Shown here piece after piece: positions 8,097 through 16,716 of a stretch of DNA of 32,000 bases. This DNA comes from Klebsiella phage vB_Kpl_K32PH164C1, in the sequence record OY979429.1. The stretch is one strand, 5' to 3'. How positions within the stretch are numbered: position 1 is the first letter of the stretch; each line of letters begins with the position of its first letter. Under the pieces are notes generated by a model, which was not told where the DNA came from, searched no databases, and was given only the letters and a program-made list of their open reading frames with translations. The translations under genes were made by a program, and so were the position numbers.

Positions 8097-8708
8097 ATGG
8101 GACAAATTAATAACGTAGAGCAGAAAAGTGGCAATAAGACTACTAATTACTTCGCCTCCCTGGTGGCGACTAAGGCAGAGTATAATATTTACCACTATCA
8201 TCTCGATGGGCCGATAGTCGATGTAGACTACTACCGCGACCTATCAGTCACTCTGGCAACTATGCAAGAGGGAGACACTCTTAATCTTTATATTAATAGT
8301 CCCGGCGGGTACGTTGATACAGCAGTTCAGTTGTGCAACCTTATCATGAACTGCCAGGGAACCGTTATTGGGCATCTGGTTGGGCCATCGGCATCAGCTG
8401 CCTGCTCAATCTTCCTAGCCTGCCACGGCTGGTTGGTACACCCTTACGTTATGCTGATGGGTCATACTTATCGTGGTGCCCACTATGGCAAGGGCAAAAA
8501 CGAGATCCAGCACTATGCCGATCAGTTCAACTCATTCTTTGAGGATATGATGCTGGACTTGTACTACCCGTTCTTCTCTCTAGAAGAGATTACCGAGATG
8601 ATAGAGGGTGGTAAGGATATTTGGCTGACCTCCAAAGAGATCAACGAACGTGTAGATCGTATGGCTGCGCACCGAGAGCAAGAAGCTCGTAAGGCTGCGG
8701 GTCAATAA
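8097..8708 (+). CDS. ClpP-like serine protease
   Basis: NLYINSPGG, GPSASAACSI (nucleophile Ser region), MLMGHTYRG (His region), typical of the ClpP/crotonase fold. Confidence 0.85.
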   Translation: MGQINNVEQKSGNKTTNYFASLVATKAEYNIYHYHLDGPIVDVDYYRDLSVTLATMQEGDTLNLYINSPGGYVDTAVQLCNLIMNCQGTVIGHLVGPSASAACSIFLACHGWLVHPYVMLMGHTYRGAHYGKGKNEIQHYADQFNSFFEDMMLDLYYPFFSLEEITEMIEGGKDIWLTSKEINERVDRMAAHREQEARKAAGQ

Positions 8709-8716
8709 AACTAAGT

Positions 8717-8746
8717 AGGCCAGGGCTTTTTAGCTCTGGCCTTTTT
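8717..8746 (+). terminator. rho-independent terminator
   Basis: AGGCCAGGGC/GCTCTGGCC hairpin followed by TTTTTC. Confidence 0.8.
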
Positions 8747-8811
8747 CTTTATCTAAATTCTACTTGACATTTGTCTCAAAGTATGATCCGAGCAATAACT
8801 ATAAATTTTTA

Positions 8812-8840
8812 TTGCAACTTCCTCCAATAAAGGGTATAAT
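8812..8840 (+). promoter_or_regulatory. early promoter TTGCAA-17-TATAAT upstream of the lysis genes
   Basis: -35 8812-8817, -10 8835-8840. Confidence 0.8.
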
Positions 8841-8865
8841 TATAAATGGTTAGAGGAGGTTCTTA

Positions 8866-9528
8866 ATGGATAAATTTATACAGTTGATATCGCTGTTACT
8901 ACAAGAAGCGAAGGATCCAGCTTCTCTTCTTAAACGTTTGCTAACCTTACTGGTTGGTCTAGTTATCTACCTCTTTATAGCTAATACGAGTGAAGTCATG
9001 TCGTACTTAAAGACTTTCTCTACTTCGGCGGTCCTACAAGATGTTAAAATACAACGCACACTAGAGTTTCCAAATGTGGCACGAGAGAAGGCAATGATCC
9101 TATTCTCACAGACTCGAGCTGATGCTGTCTTCGTGGTTAAATACAAGCCTGAGGCTATAAATGATTACCAAACTATCATAGCTTGGGAAAGCAACGTTCA
9201 GTTGGATAAGTCCGACGTATCCGACAAAGCAGTTGACAAGACGTCTATGCTCTACAGAGCGCATTTAGACGGTCTAAACTTTGCGATCGACGCAAGGAAT
9301 AAACAAGGTTTATCGAAGTGGTCTGGAACGGGTTTGCCACCGTTCAAGAGTGCAAACTTTGAGTATGTGTACACGTGCCCATATTTTAACCTTAATAACA
9401 TCTACGCTGGATATGTTGCCGTCGCATGGGAGAAGTATCCCCTACAAGACGAAGACATGGGTATGTTTAATGACTATATGGCAAAAATCTGCGCATCACC
9501 GCAGAGATCACTAGGGAGATCAATATGA
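8866..9528 (+). CDS. hol: holin, T5 Hol / T4 T-like topology
   Basis: Single N-terminal TM (LLTLLVGLVIYLFIA) plus ~180 aa soluble domain; directly upstream of and overlapping the endolysin. Confidence 0.8.
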   Translation: MDKFIQLISLLLQEAKDPASLLKRLLTLLVGLVIYLFIANTSEVMSYLKTFSTSAVLQDVKIQRTLEFPNVAREKAMILFSQTRADAVFVVKYKPEAINDYQTIIAWESNVQLDKSDVSDKAVDKTSMLYRAHLDGLNFAIDARNKQGLSKWSGTGLPPFKSANFEYVYTCPYFNLNNIYAGYVAVAWEKYPLQDEDMGMFNDYMAKICASPQRSLGRSI

Positions 9529-9938
9529 GTTTCAGATTTGGAAACCGTAGTCTCCAGCAGCTCGATACTGTAGATCCTAAACTCAAGGCTCTAGCTATTC
9601 GTGCTCTGGAACTCTCACCGCACGATTTTACCATCATTCAGGGCAAACGTACCGTACAACAGAGTGCCCAGAACATTGCTAATGGTACTTCATTTTTGAA
9701 AGACCCTAGCAAGTCTAAACACGTTACGGGCAAAGCCATTGACTTCGCCCCATATATCAATGGTAAGATTGACTGGAATGACTTAGAAGCATTCTGGGCT
9801 ATCGTCGGTGCATTTAAAAAGGCCGCAAATGAGATGAACATTGCCGTTCGTTTCGGAGCGGATTGGAATAACTCTGGCGACTACCGTGATGAAATCCAAC
9901 GTGGTACTTATGACGGCGGACACGTAGAGTTACTGTGA
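9525..9938 (+). CDS. lys: L-alanyl-D-glutamate peptidase (endolysin)
   Basis: 137 aa closely resembling T5 Lys: LELSPHDFTIIQGKRTVQQSAQNIANGTSFLKDPSKSKH...FGADWNNSGDYRDEIQRGTYDGGHVELL. Confidence 0.96.
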   Translation: MSFRFGNRSLQQLDTVDPKLKALAIRALELSPHDFTIIQGKRTVQQSAQNIANGTSFLKDPSKSKHVTGKAIDFAPYINGKIDWNDLEAFWAIVGAFKKAANEMNIAVRFGADWNNSGDYRDEIQRGTYDGGHVELL

Positions 9939-9942
9939 CATT

Positions 9943-9970
9943 AAGGGGAGCTTTTAGGCTCCCCTTCTTT
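9943..9970 (+). terminator. rho-independent terminator
   Basis: AAGGGGAGC-TTTTAG-GCTCCCCTT followed by CTTT. Confidence 0.75.
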
Positions 9971-9998
9971 GTATGGAGCAAGCAAATAGGAGGTGGTT

Positions 9999-10415
9999 AT
10001 GTTTGCAAGTTTAGTAACTATAATGCTACTCAAGATATTTCAATTCGGTATAGTATTCTTTTCCGCAACATGGATTTTAATACGCGGTGCCATTTATTTT
10101 CGCAGAACACGCTTAGCTAGGGTTGCTAGATGGCTTCTACACTTCGTATTTGGTATTTTCGGTGTGTTCCGCTGCCCATGTGAGAAAAAGAGGGGAACAG
10201 GGTTCTGCTGGCTCTGGTTAGGACTAGAGAATTGCTTCTCATTGTCCTTAGCGCTACTATTTGGTATGATAGTACTAGCTGTAACGCTAGCATTTATACC
10301 GCTAATGTACGCTGGTGGGGTAACGTCGGTTCTAACTCTCACTTCCCCTGTGTTGATGTACTCCGTTTACCCCATTACACTATTTTTTGTGAGACGGGGG
10401 AAGCACTGCGATTAA
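9999..10415 (+). CDS. multi-pass membrane protein
   Basis: ATG 9999 with AGGAGG; several hydrophobic segments. Confidence 0.7.
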   Translation: MFASLVTIMLLKIFQFGIVFFSATWILIRGAIYFRRTRLARVARWLLHFVFGIFGVFRCPCEKKRGTGFCWLWLGLENCFSLSLALLFGMIVLAVTLAFIPLMYAGGVTSVLTLTSPVLMYSVYPITLFFVRRGKHCD

Positions 10416-10427
10416 TGAAAAATTCAA

Positions 10428-10456
10428 TTGACTTTCTACTCGATTTAGCGTATAAT
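10428..10456 (+). promoter_or_regulatory. early promoter TTGACT-17-TATAAT
   Basis: -35 10428-10433, -10 10451-10456, shared leader. Confidence 0.88.
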
Positions 10457-10487
10457 ATATTTATAAATTCGAGAGAGGAGATACAAA

Positions 10488-10892
10488 ATGTCGGACAGAT
10501 TCTACACTCAGATGTGCGAGCATTTTAAAGTAGCTCCCTACGAGTTAAATATAGCTCTGCGGGATCGTGAGTCACCGGAGTTTAAGAAAATTGCTAAGAA
10601 ATCGGAGGGTGTTATGTCCAACGGTAAGAAAATGACCCGAATTGACCTTAACAATGCGCTAACTGAACTGCTCGGCGTTAACATTGAGGGCCAGAAACTT
10701 TCTATGCCAACTTTAACCACTATTTTGGCAAAAGTCAAGGCAGGAGATGTTAAAAAAGTAGCAGTGCCTGAGGGTCGTCTGAAAAAGCCGTATCAGGAAG
10801 CTGTAATGGAAGCTTTCGGAGAAAAGCTAGACCTGGATACCGCAACCGTAAAAACAATGAAAACACTATTGGAGAGTATTAATAATGTCTAA
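10488..10892 (+). CDS. hypothetical protein (134 aa)
   Basis: ATG after GAGAGAGGAG leader. Confidence 0.8.
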   Translation: MSDRFYTQMCEHFKVAPYELNIALRDRESPEFKKIAKKSEGVMSNGKKMTRIDLNNALTELLGVNIEGQKLSMPTLTTILAKVKAGDVKKVAVPEGRLKKPYQEAVMEAFGEKLDLDTATVKTMKTLLESINNV

Positions 10893-11169
10893 GAAGATTG
10901 TATTCCTTAAAGGTTCTAACTGTGCCCCTTGTAAGCAGTTTGAACCTGTTTTTGATAAGCTCACCGCTGAGTTCAACCTGCCCGTTGAAAAACGCACGGA
11001 CGACGTAGACTCCCTACGTAAATTCGGCCTTCGCACTGTACCCGCAGTAGTCCTGGTAGATGTGGAGAACGGACGTGAAGAAGCACACCATATCTTGAGT
11101 GGTGCCACGCTTCGCTCTGCGGTAGTTAGTAAAGCTATCCAAGACTTTATCGACTACGTAGAAGAATAG
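10885..11169 (+). CDS. thioredoxin/glutaredoxin-like protein
   Basis: CAPC active site, cis-Pro motif RTVPAVVLVD. Confidence 0.85.
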   Translation: MSKKIVFLKGSNCAPCKQFEPVFDKLTAEFNLPVEKRTDDVDSLRKFGLRTVPAVVLVDVENGREEAHHILSGATLRSAVVSKAIQDFIDYVEE

Positions 11170-11174
11170 TACCT

Positions 11175-11206
11175 AACCCCGGCTCAATACGAGACCGGGG
11201 TTTTTT
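11175..11206 (+). terminator. rho-independent terminator
   Basis: AACCCCGG...CCGGGGTTTTTT. Confidence 0.85.
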
Positions 11207-11211
11207 ATTAT

Positions 11212-11240
11212 TTGCTAAACGCTTAAAATTTTGATATAAT
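11212..11240 (+). promoter_or_regulatory. early promoter TTGCTA-17-TATAAT
   Basis: -35 11212-11217, -10 11235-11240. Confidence 0.85.
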
Positions 11241-11270
11241 ATTTATATTGAATTGAGAGAGGATTACATA

Positions 11271-11675
11271 ATGACTAAGCAAGCATATCTTATCCTGAAT
11301 AATGGTTTTGCGGTCGGCACTACCTTCGTTGATCTGGGGTACACAAAAGAAGAGTGGCAAGCTCTCAGCCCCGAAGTAAAGAATCAGCTTGTTAATGAAG
11401 CCGCCTGGGAGTATGCAGAGGCTTACGTGGAAATGGTAGATGACGAGTTGGTTATTGTCGTATCTCTAGGCGCTGTAGGTTGTGATGCTCACGCACATAC
11501 GGATTTCCAGAGCGAAGAAGAGTGGGATGAATTAGATCTAACCCATCAAAATGCTCTGATCAACGAAGCCTTCTGGGAAGTTGTGGACTGCTACGTTGCG
11601 TTCTGTAAGGACGATGATGAAGCTAACACCTGCACTAACTATGGCTATGAACACGACGATGTGGAGTGTGCATAA
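11271..11675 (+). CDS. acidic protein with internally duplicated domain
   Basis: ATG 11271 after AGAGAGG; YTKEEWQALSPEVKNQLVNEAAWEYAEAYV repeated as FQSEEEWDELDLTHQNALINEAFWEVVDCYV. Confidence 0.8.
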   Translation: MTKQAYLILNNGFAVGTTFVDLGYTKEEWQALSPEVKNQLVNEAAWEYAEAYVEMVDDELVIVVSLGAVGCDAHAHTDFQSEEEWDELDLTHQNALINEAFWEVVDCYVAFCKDDDEANTCTNYGYEHDDVECA

Positions 11676-12037
11676 TGCAAAAATTCTCTAGAGACTGGTC
11701 TTCTGATATGGCCCGTAAAAATCGAGCTGCTGCATACTATAATAAGAAAATACAGCTCGATAAGTTAATAAAGGGCATCACCTACAATGTAGAGAGTGGC
11801 TTTTCTGGCATAAAAGTAGACGCTAGGAGTCTGGACTACTCGTGCATACTGTGGGCTAAGCAGAATGGGTACGCATTTAAACGAATAGGCAATGAAATAC
11901 TGATTGCCTGGGAACCCGAAGGCCTGGTGCAATACGTAATATACGACCCCTATCGAGGGGAATATGTAAGAGATCACAGGCAGCAGCCCACAGACTTCTC
12001 GCTGCCAAAACGTTACTATTTAGAGACGAGGTATTAA
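11675..12037 (+). CDS. hypothetical protein
   Basis: ATG 11675 coupled to the upstream stop (TAATG). Confidence 0.75.
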   Translation: MQKFSRDWSSDMARKNRAAAYYNKKIQLDKLIKGITYNVESGFSGIKVDARSLDYSCILWAKQNGYAFKRIGNEILIAWEPEGLVQYVIYDPYRGEYVRDHRQQPTDFSLPKRYYLETRY

Positions 12038-12867
12038 TGAACGTTCATGAAACAGTTACCGTGCCCGATAATGTTAATATCTTCTTCATCGGAGATATTC
12101 ATGGCGAGTACGATATGATGATGGATGCCCTGAAACTTGCTGGGTATGAAGAAGGTCGTGACTACGTGTTCTGTGTAGGGGATCTTATCGACCGTGGCCC
12201 GAAAAACTTACAGGTTCTAGCGAAGTTCCTGTACAACCCGAAATTCCGTTCTGTCCGTGGGAATCATGACGAGTTCATGATCCAAGACGATTATGCTAAC
12301 TGGATGTATAATGGCGGCAGCTGGACTATCACGGAAGGTTTCGATACGGACACCCTGAAAGGTATTGCAGAGGACATGGACAGCAAGATGCCGTACATGA
12401 TGACCGTTGAGCACCGTGGCAAGCGTTACGGGGTAGTCCATGCTGGTATCCCTCTACGCTACCAGGCTCAAGGTATGGGTGTAACTGTACCAGTGTGGGA
12501 CGACATTGTGCACGAACAGGAATCTACACCAGATTTGCGTCGTTTGGGTGTACTGCTGTGGGATCGTGATGTAATCCAGGAAGTTGGGTTTAACCTATAT
12601 CGTAGTGGGGAAAAGCATCCGTACTTCGATCGCTACTCTAGCTTCTCCAAGGAGTGCGCAGTCGATGTTCCTGAAATCGTGGGAGTAGACTACACGTTTC
12701 ATGGTCATACTGGTGTCCCGTTCCCAATTCGCTGGAAGAACCGTGTCTATCTGGACACAGGTGGCACCTTTAACGGTCGCATGACCGTGGCGTCGCCGGT
12801 TCTAGGTCAATTATATACATTTACCACAAATCGTGATGATCCCTGTGGTTCCGCTGACATTATTTAA
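12037..12867 (+). CDS. serine/threonine protein phosphatase (calcineurin-like metallophosphoesterase)
   Basis: GDIHGEYD, GDLIDRGPKN, VRGNHDEF, HAGIPLR and FHGHTG motifs in order. Confidence 0.93.
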   Translation: MNVHETVTVPDNVNIFFIGDIHGEYDMMMDALKLAGYEEGRDYVFCVGDLIDRGPKNLQVLAKFLYNPKFRSVRGNHDEFMIQDDYANWMYNGGSWTITEGFDTDTLKGIAEDMDSKMPYMMTVEHRGKRYGVVHAGIPLRYQAQGMGVTVPVWDDIVHEQESTPDLRRLGVLLWDRDVIQEVGFNLYRSGEKHPYFDRYSSFSKECAVDVPEIVGVDYTFHGHTGVPFPIRWKNRVYLDTGGTFNGRMTVASPVLGQLYTFTTNRDDPCGSADII

Positions 12868-12877
12868 TAGGTGAAGC

Positions 12878-13111
12878 ATGAAACTTTTCAAAGATTTGGA
12901 AGAAGGTGAAGTATTCGTAGTTGCTGGTGGTTTCGAGTTGCAGAAGTGTGTCGCAATGCTGGACAACGGAAACTCCGTGTTTACAGATGACGCAAATATC
13001 TCGGTTCTGGTTGCCCCGGACACTGAAACCTGGGAACCGGAAGAGTTCTGGGAGATCCATAAGGATCGCCCAATGGAAGACCTACTGGACGACATCCTAT
13101 TCACTGCCTGA
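12878..13111 (+). CDS. hypothetical acidic protein (77 aa)
   Basis: ORF after TAGGTG, colinear. Confidence 0.7.
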   Translation: MKLFKDLEEGEVFVVAGGFELQKCVAMLDNGNSVFTDDANISVLVAPDTETWEPEEFWEIHKDRPMEDLLDDILFTA

Positions 13112-13119
13112 GGTAAATC

Positions 13120-13488
13120 ATGAAACTCGAATCTCGTTATATTGTATTTAAGCAGTCAGATGCCGCTAAGTATCTAACCAGCACTGCTATTCGGGAGATA
13201 AACGACAGCCTATCCCTTATCTTTAAGGGCCGGGAGGCTGACGGCAAGGTAGGATTCCCAAACTACCTCGTTCTAGAGGAGGATTGGCCGGAGTATCCTA
13301 TCGCTAAAGAAGCTCTAGAAGGACGTATTGTGCTGGAAGAGTTTAATAAAAGGGCGGAGAAGAAACGCGGGGCTAAGGCTGCAGAAGACCACTATAAGCA
13401 GCACCAGTCTACCGAGCTACTCCGGGGTATTTCTCCATTCTGTGCAGGGTGGAACGACTACATGAGAAGACTGGTAATCGAGGAGTAA
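13120..13488 (+). CDS. hypothetical protein
   Basis: ORF, colinear. Confidence 0.75.
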   Translation: MKLESRYIVFKQSDAAKYLTSTAIREINDSLSLIFKGREADGKVGFPNYLVLEEDWPEYPIAKEALEGRIVLEEFNKRAEKKRGAKAAEDHYKQHQSTELLRGISPFCAGWNDYMRRLVIEE

Positions 13489-13490
13489 CC

Positions 13491-13610
13491 ATGTATACTG
13501 GAATGGGAAATGATATGGCCAAGATGTTTATAGGCCTCTTAATCCTAGCCGCATTAGTTGGTGCAGCAATTGTAGGCGGAATCTGGGCGCTCGTAGCATT
13601 TGTATTTTAA
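13491..13610 (+). CDS. membrane microprotein (39 aa)
   Basis: Manual translation MYTGMGNDMAKMFIGLLILAALVGAAIVGGIWALVAFVF; GAGGAG upstream; not in the ORF track. Confidence 0.6.
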   Translation: MYTGMGNDMAKMFIGLLILAALVGAAIVGGIWALVAFVF

Positions 13611-13616
13611 ATTCAG

Positions 13617-13645
13617 TTGCTTCCGAGCCAATTTTTCTGTATAAT
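13617..13645 (+). promoter_or_regulatory. early promoter TTGCTT-17-TATAAT
   Basis: -35 13617-13622, -10 13640-13645, shared leader. Confidence 0.85.
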
Positions 13646-13673
13646 AGCTTTATAAATTGATGAGGAAGCAAAT

Positions 13674-14102
13674 ATGAAAAACGCAATGATCGAACTGAAT
13701 GCAAATATGGAATCCCTTCGCCACGCAGTTAACACCGCCCGTGCTTCTTTTAACCTGCTGATGCGCGATGAAAGCATACCGCTGTCCGCTCGTGTCAAGG
13801 CATTTGAGGAGTTCGCCGATGAGCTTCTTCATATGGGAGATTATCTCAGCGACTCCCCGTTTAATGAAGATCGCCGGGATTATCAACACGCCTACTGCAA
13901 TCGTGGGGAAATAGTTTACCTGACCGATGTTCTGGAGAGTGTGCTGGAGTATGCGAACTCTTTCATGCGAACTCCTGACGAATGGGAAGACGCTTCGAAC
14001 GACTATGTTCTAGACGAGATTCAAAAGAACTGGCCAGAAATTAAGAAACTGGTAGAAGAACACATTCATTCTGAAGTTTACGCTTACCGGATCGATTGGT
14101 AA
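13674..14102 (+). CDS. hypothetical protein (142 aa)
   Basis: ATG after GATGAGGAAGC. Confidence 0.8.
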   Translation: MKNAMIELNANMESLRHAVNTARASFNLLMRDESIPLSARVKAFEEFADELLHMGDYLSDSPFNEDRRDYQHAYCNRGEIVYLTDVLESVLEYANSFMRTPDEWEDASNDYVLDEIQKNWPEIKKLVEEHIHSEVYAYRIDW

Positions 14103-14120
14103 AAAGTTTAAAAATTCACT

Positions 14121-14149
14121 TGCTAAGTAGTTAGAATTTCGGTATAATA
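14121..14149 (+). promoter_or_regulatory. early promoter TTGCTA-17-TATAAT
   Basis: -35 14121-14126, -10 14144-14149. Confidence 0.85.
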
Positions 14150-14183
14150 TACGCATAAATTAACGAAACGGACGGAAATCATT

Positions 14184-14489
14184 ATGGCTAAGAACACTAT
14201 CTCTTACACCACTGGTAAAACTGCTGACGAACAAGCTAACACCCTGACCAAAGACGAAATGGTTGCGGTACTGGTAATCCTGCTGGATATGGATGGGTTC
14301 GAAGGTCAGCTTGCTAAACTGTCTCTCCCGGCACTTCGTGCTCTGTACGAAGGCACTAACAAAAACGCTGCGGCCTACAACCTCGCTAAAAATGAGGCGC
14401 GTTGGGCCAAAGAACACCAGCAGGTTGCTGAGCGTCGTGCTGAGAGCTTCGAACGTGACCTGAAACGTGAAAAGGCGAAGAAAAAGTAA
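14184..14489 (+). CDS. hypothetical protein (101 aa)
   Basis: ATG 14184, coupled to the next gene. Confidence 0.8.
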   Translation: MAKNTISYTTGKTADEQANTLTKDEMVAVLVILLDMDGFEGQLAKLSLPALRALYEGTNKNAAAYNLAKNEARWAKEHQQVAERRAESFERDLKREKAKKK

Positions 14490-14770
14490 TGGTACTAGAA
14501 ATTCTCTCCGGGCTGTTAATAGCAGCCCTCGTAACTGGAACGGGTCTGGCGGTTTGGGTATCAATACTGCGGGAAACTAACCGCAGAATGAGACTGACCA
14601 ATAACGGACTCCACGAAAAGTTGATGGATCAAGTACGAGACGCTGATGAATTCTCTGCTGCGGCTGAACGACTCCTAGTTCGCCTAGCGAAGATCGAAGA
14701 AATAATCGGCCAGGATTCCACAATGTCAAAGACAACCAAAATGCGGTTGATCACGGAGATTAAAAAATGA
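14489..14770 (+). CDS. membrane protein with coiled coil
   Basis: N-terminal TM LSGLLIAALVTGTGLAVWVSIL. Confidence 0.7.
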   Translation: MVLEILSGLLIAALVTGTGLAVWVSILRETNRRMRLTNNGLHEKLMDQVRDADEFSAAAERLLVRLAKIEEIIGQDSTMSKTTKMRLITEIKK

Positions 14771-15015
14771 TCTCACCAATTGTAGCAGCACTTTACTTAG
14801 TAGTTGTTGGCTACCTGTCCGGGAAGTACCACGGCTTCGGTTTAAAAGGTACTATCAAGGCAGCAATGCTGGTTCCTCTGTATCCTCTGGCACTTCTGTT
14901 AACCGGGTACTACGCCTGTGTTTTAAGAATCTTTGGCCGGGGCAAAGTTAACTACGATAACTGCACAGCGTTGCTGGACGATATTGAAAACACCATTAAG
15001 AAGGAAGAAAAATGA
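14767..15015 (+). CDS. small membrane protein
   Basis: Two hydrophobic segments; ATGA overlap. Confidence 0.7.
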   Translation: MISPIVAALYLVVVGYLSGKYHGFGLKGTIKAAMLVPLYPLALLLTGYYACVLRIFGRGKVNYDNCTALLDDIENTIKKEEK

Positions 15016-15353
15016 ATCTTAACTCCAAAGAACGCCAAGTGTTAGTAGATGCTCTGCGTCAGGTAGTAGACCACGATTTGCTTTGTGATGAAGATATCGT
15101 TGAGTCAATTGCCCTAATCGCCAAGATTGAGCTTGCTGAAAAGGACTCATGGCGTCCTTTGTGTGAGCTTCCTCCTCTAGGCTTGGCAATTGTGGTTCAG
15201 CGTGCTGATGGCGCTCCGTTTAACACTGTGATGGTTCGCAAAGATCTGGCAAAGTCCTACTCCCCGGATATCATCACGCTGCACACTAAGATCACCGACG
15301 AACCTTTCGAGTTTAATACTCGTCACTATTACTGGAGACTGACCAATGCTTAA
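15012..15353 (+). CDS. hypothetical protein
   Basis: ATGA overlap with upstream gene. Confidence 0.75.
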   Translation: MNLNSKERQVLVDALRQVVDHDLLCDEDIVESIALIAKIELAEKDSWRPLCELPPLGLAIVVQRADGAPFNTVMVRKDLAKSYSPDIITLHTKITDEPFEFNTRHYYWRLTNA

Positions 15354-15573
15354 TCAGCTTCGAATCTACAACTTCCTGGATTGTAACTTCCAGGTATGGC
15401 GAGAACTCCCCAGCCGTTTCCTGGGCTGGGCATTATTCCTCTCCATGGTGGTTTCAGTCTTCCATAACGTCCCGGCGACGTTCTACATGGAAGCAATTCA
15501 ACCAGTCACTGTATTCATTTACGAGATGTATCTCGTAGCAATTAACGGGTGGAAAGATGGCCGCATCAACTGA
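15346..15573 (+). CDS. small membrane protein
   Basis: Hydrophobic ORF overlapping both neighbours. Confidence 0.6.
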   Translation: MLNQLRIYNFLDCNFQVWRELPSRFLGWALFLSMVVSVFHNVPATFYMEAIQPVTVFIYEMYLVAINGWKDGRIN

Positions 15574-16024
15574 AGTTTTAAATCAATATTTTAATCGTGA
15601 GCACCAAGAGTTCAGCGATCTGTTCATCCAGATGTTTGTTAACGCTAATAATGCTCTGGACTATCGTTTCTTCAACGAGTTCCATGAGACCACGTTCAGC
15701 CATCAGGATATCAACTCCGCTCTGAAAGAACTCATTGGTTCCAAAGTGATACCGTTCCGACAGACTGCAAATGCAGAGACGCTAGAACTTAGCGTAGTTT
15801 GGGGCTTGTTCAAGAAAGCGTATGAGTTTGGTAAGTACCAGAACGCACGCTACTGGATCTACGAAGTGTTACTGAACACAGCAGTTGTCCTACCCCGGCA
15901 AATGATGCTGGGCTGGATTGCTAAACAACGTCCTGAACGCAACGCAAAATCATTCGCACCAATTAACGATGGGAACTTATACCATGCAAGTGAAAAATTT
16001 GACGCTCCAAAATCCGTGGCTTGA
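15557..16024 (+). CDS. hypothetical protein (155 aa)
   Basis: ORF, colinear. Confidence 0.75.
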   Translation: MAASTEVLNQYFNREHQEFSDLFIQMFVNANNALDYRFFNEFHETTFSHQDINSALKELIGSKVIPFRQTANAETLELSVVWGLFKKAYEFGKYQNARYWIYEVLLNTAVVLPRQMMLGWIAKQRPERNAKSFAPINDGNLYHASEKFDAPKSVA

Positions 16025-16373
16025 TCGCCTGGCACAAGTTGAGAAGCTCCTTCTGGTTGAAGGTCTGACCGAAGAAGACATTTGCCTAAACTCCTTCTAT
16101 AACTGCAAAACTCATGTAATGCAGGCGTTAGACGAAGAACGTGTTGAGCTGAGTAAGTTTATGGTGAATATCGCCACAGCCCAAGTTCACTGGCAAACTC
16201 AGGGCTTATCTGCCGACGATATCCTGAAACATACCCTGAATGCTATTGCAGAGTATGGGAAAGCTCGCGGTGAAGCACTCCTAGCTTCGAAGAAAGAGTT
16301 TGATAAATCGGAGTCGATGCTGAAAATGGCAATTGATATCCATGTGGAAGGCATCGACGGCACTATTCACTAA
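15984..16373 (+). CDS. hypothetical protein
   Basis: ATG 15984 preferred over the track start deep inside the upstream gene. Confidence 0.7.
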   Translation: MQVKNLTLQNPWLDRLAQVEKLLLVEGLTEEDICLNSFYNCKTHVMQALDEERVELSKFMVNIATAQVHWQTQGLSADDILKHTLNAIAEYGKARGEALLASKKEFDKSESMLKMAIDIHVEGIDGTIH

Positions 16374-16383
16374 GGGGTGACAA

Positions 16384-16671
16384 ATGGCTAAGAAACGCGT
16401 TGTGGTAAACTCCCTAGAAGAAGATTCTGGGGATTGCGAATACGGTTGCTGGAATACTGGCTACGGTGTTGAGGTTATGGTGGATGGCAAATGCGTCCAC
16501 CGTCAGGAAGCCTGGGCAAGCTGCACTAATAACAGCAGTGTAGACTTTGACGTATTGGCCCATGTTCTTCAGGGCATCAAGACGAAGGAAGGCTACCCAA
16601 TTAACGCAGATCACATCGACTTTGGAGATCCTTCCGATTATCCAGAGGAGTTTCTGGATCTGTTCACCTAA
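16384..16671 (+). CDS. hypothetical protein
   Basis: ATG with AGGGG upstream. Confidence 0.75.
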   Translation: MAKKRVVVNSLEEDSGDCEYGCWNTGYGVEVMVDGKCVHRQEAWASCTNNSSVDFDVLAHVLQGIKTKEGYPINADHIDFGDPSDYPEEFLDLFT

Positions 16672-16676
16672 CAAAG

Positions 16677-16703
16677 AGGCCAGGGCTAACTGCTCTGGCC
16701 TTT
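16677..16703 (+). terminator. probable rho-independent terminator (weak U tract)
   Basis: AGGCCAG...CTGGCCTTTCG. Confidence 0.55.
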
Positions 16704-16716
16704 CGTGGTTTCAACT

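Noticed and set aside
8764-8787. TTGACA ... TATGAT promoter
   Set aside because: Spacer is only 12 nt. The real candidate is TTGCAA-17-TATAAT at 8812-8840.
12217-12441. Minus-strand and alternative-frame ORFs inside the phosphatase and neighbouring genes (e.g. 12217-12441, 12811-13104, 12860-13060, 14160-14564, 26147-26422)
   Set aside because: They are antisense or out-of-frame shadows of well supported + strand genes with no SD or family signal.
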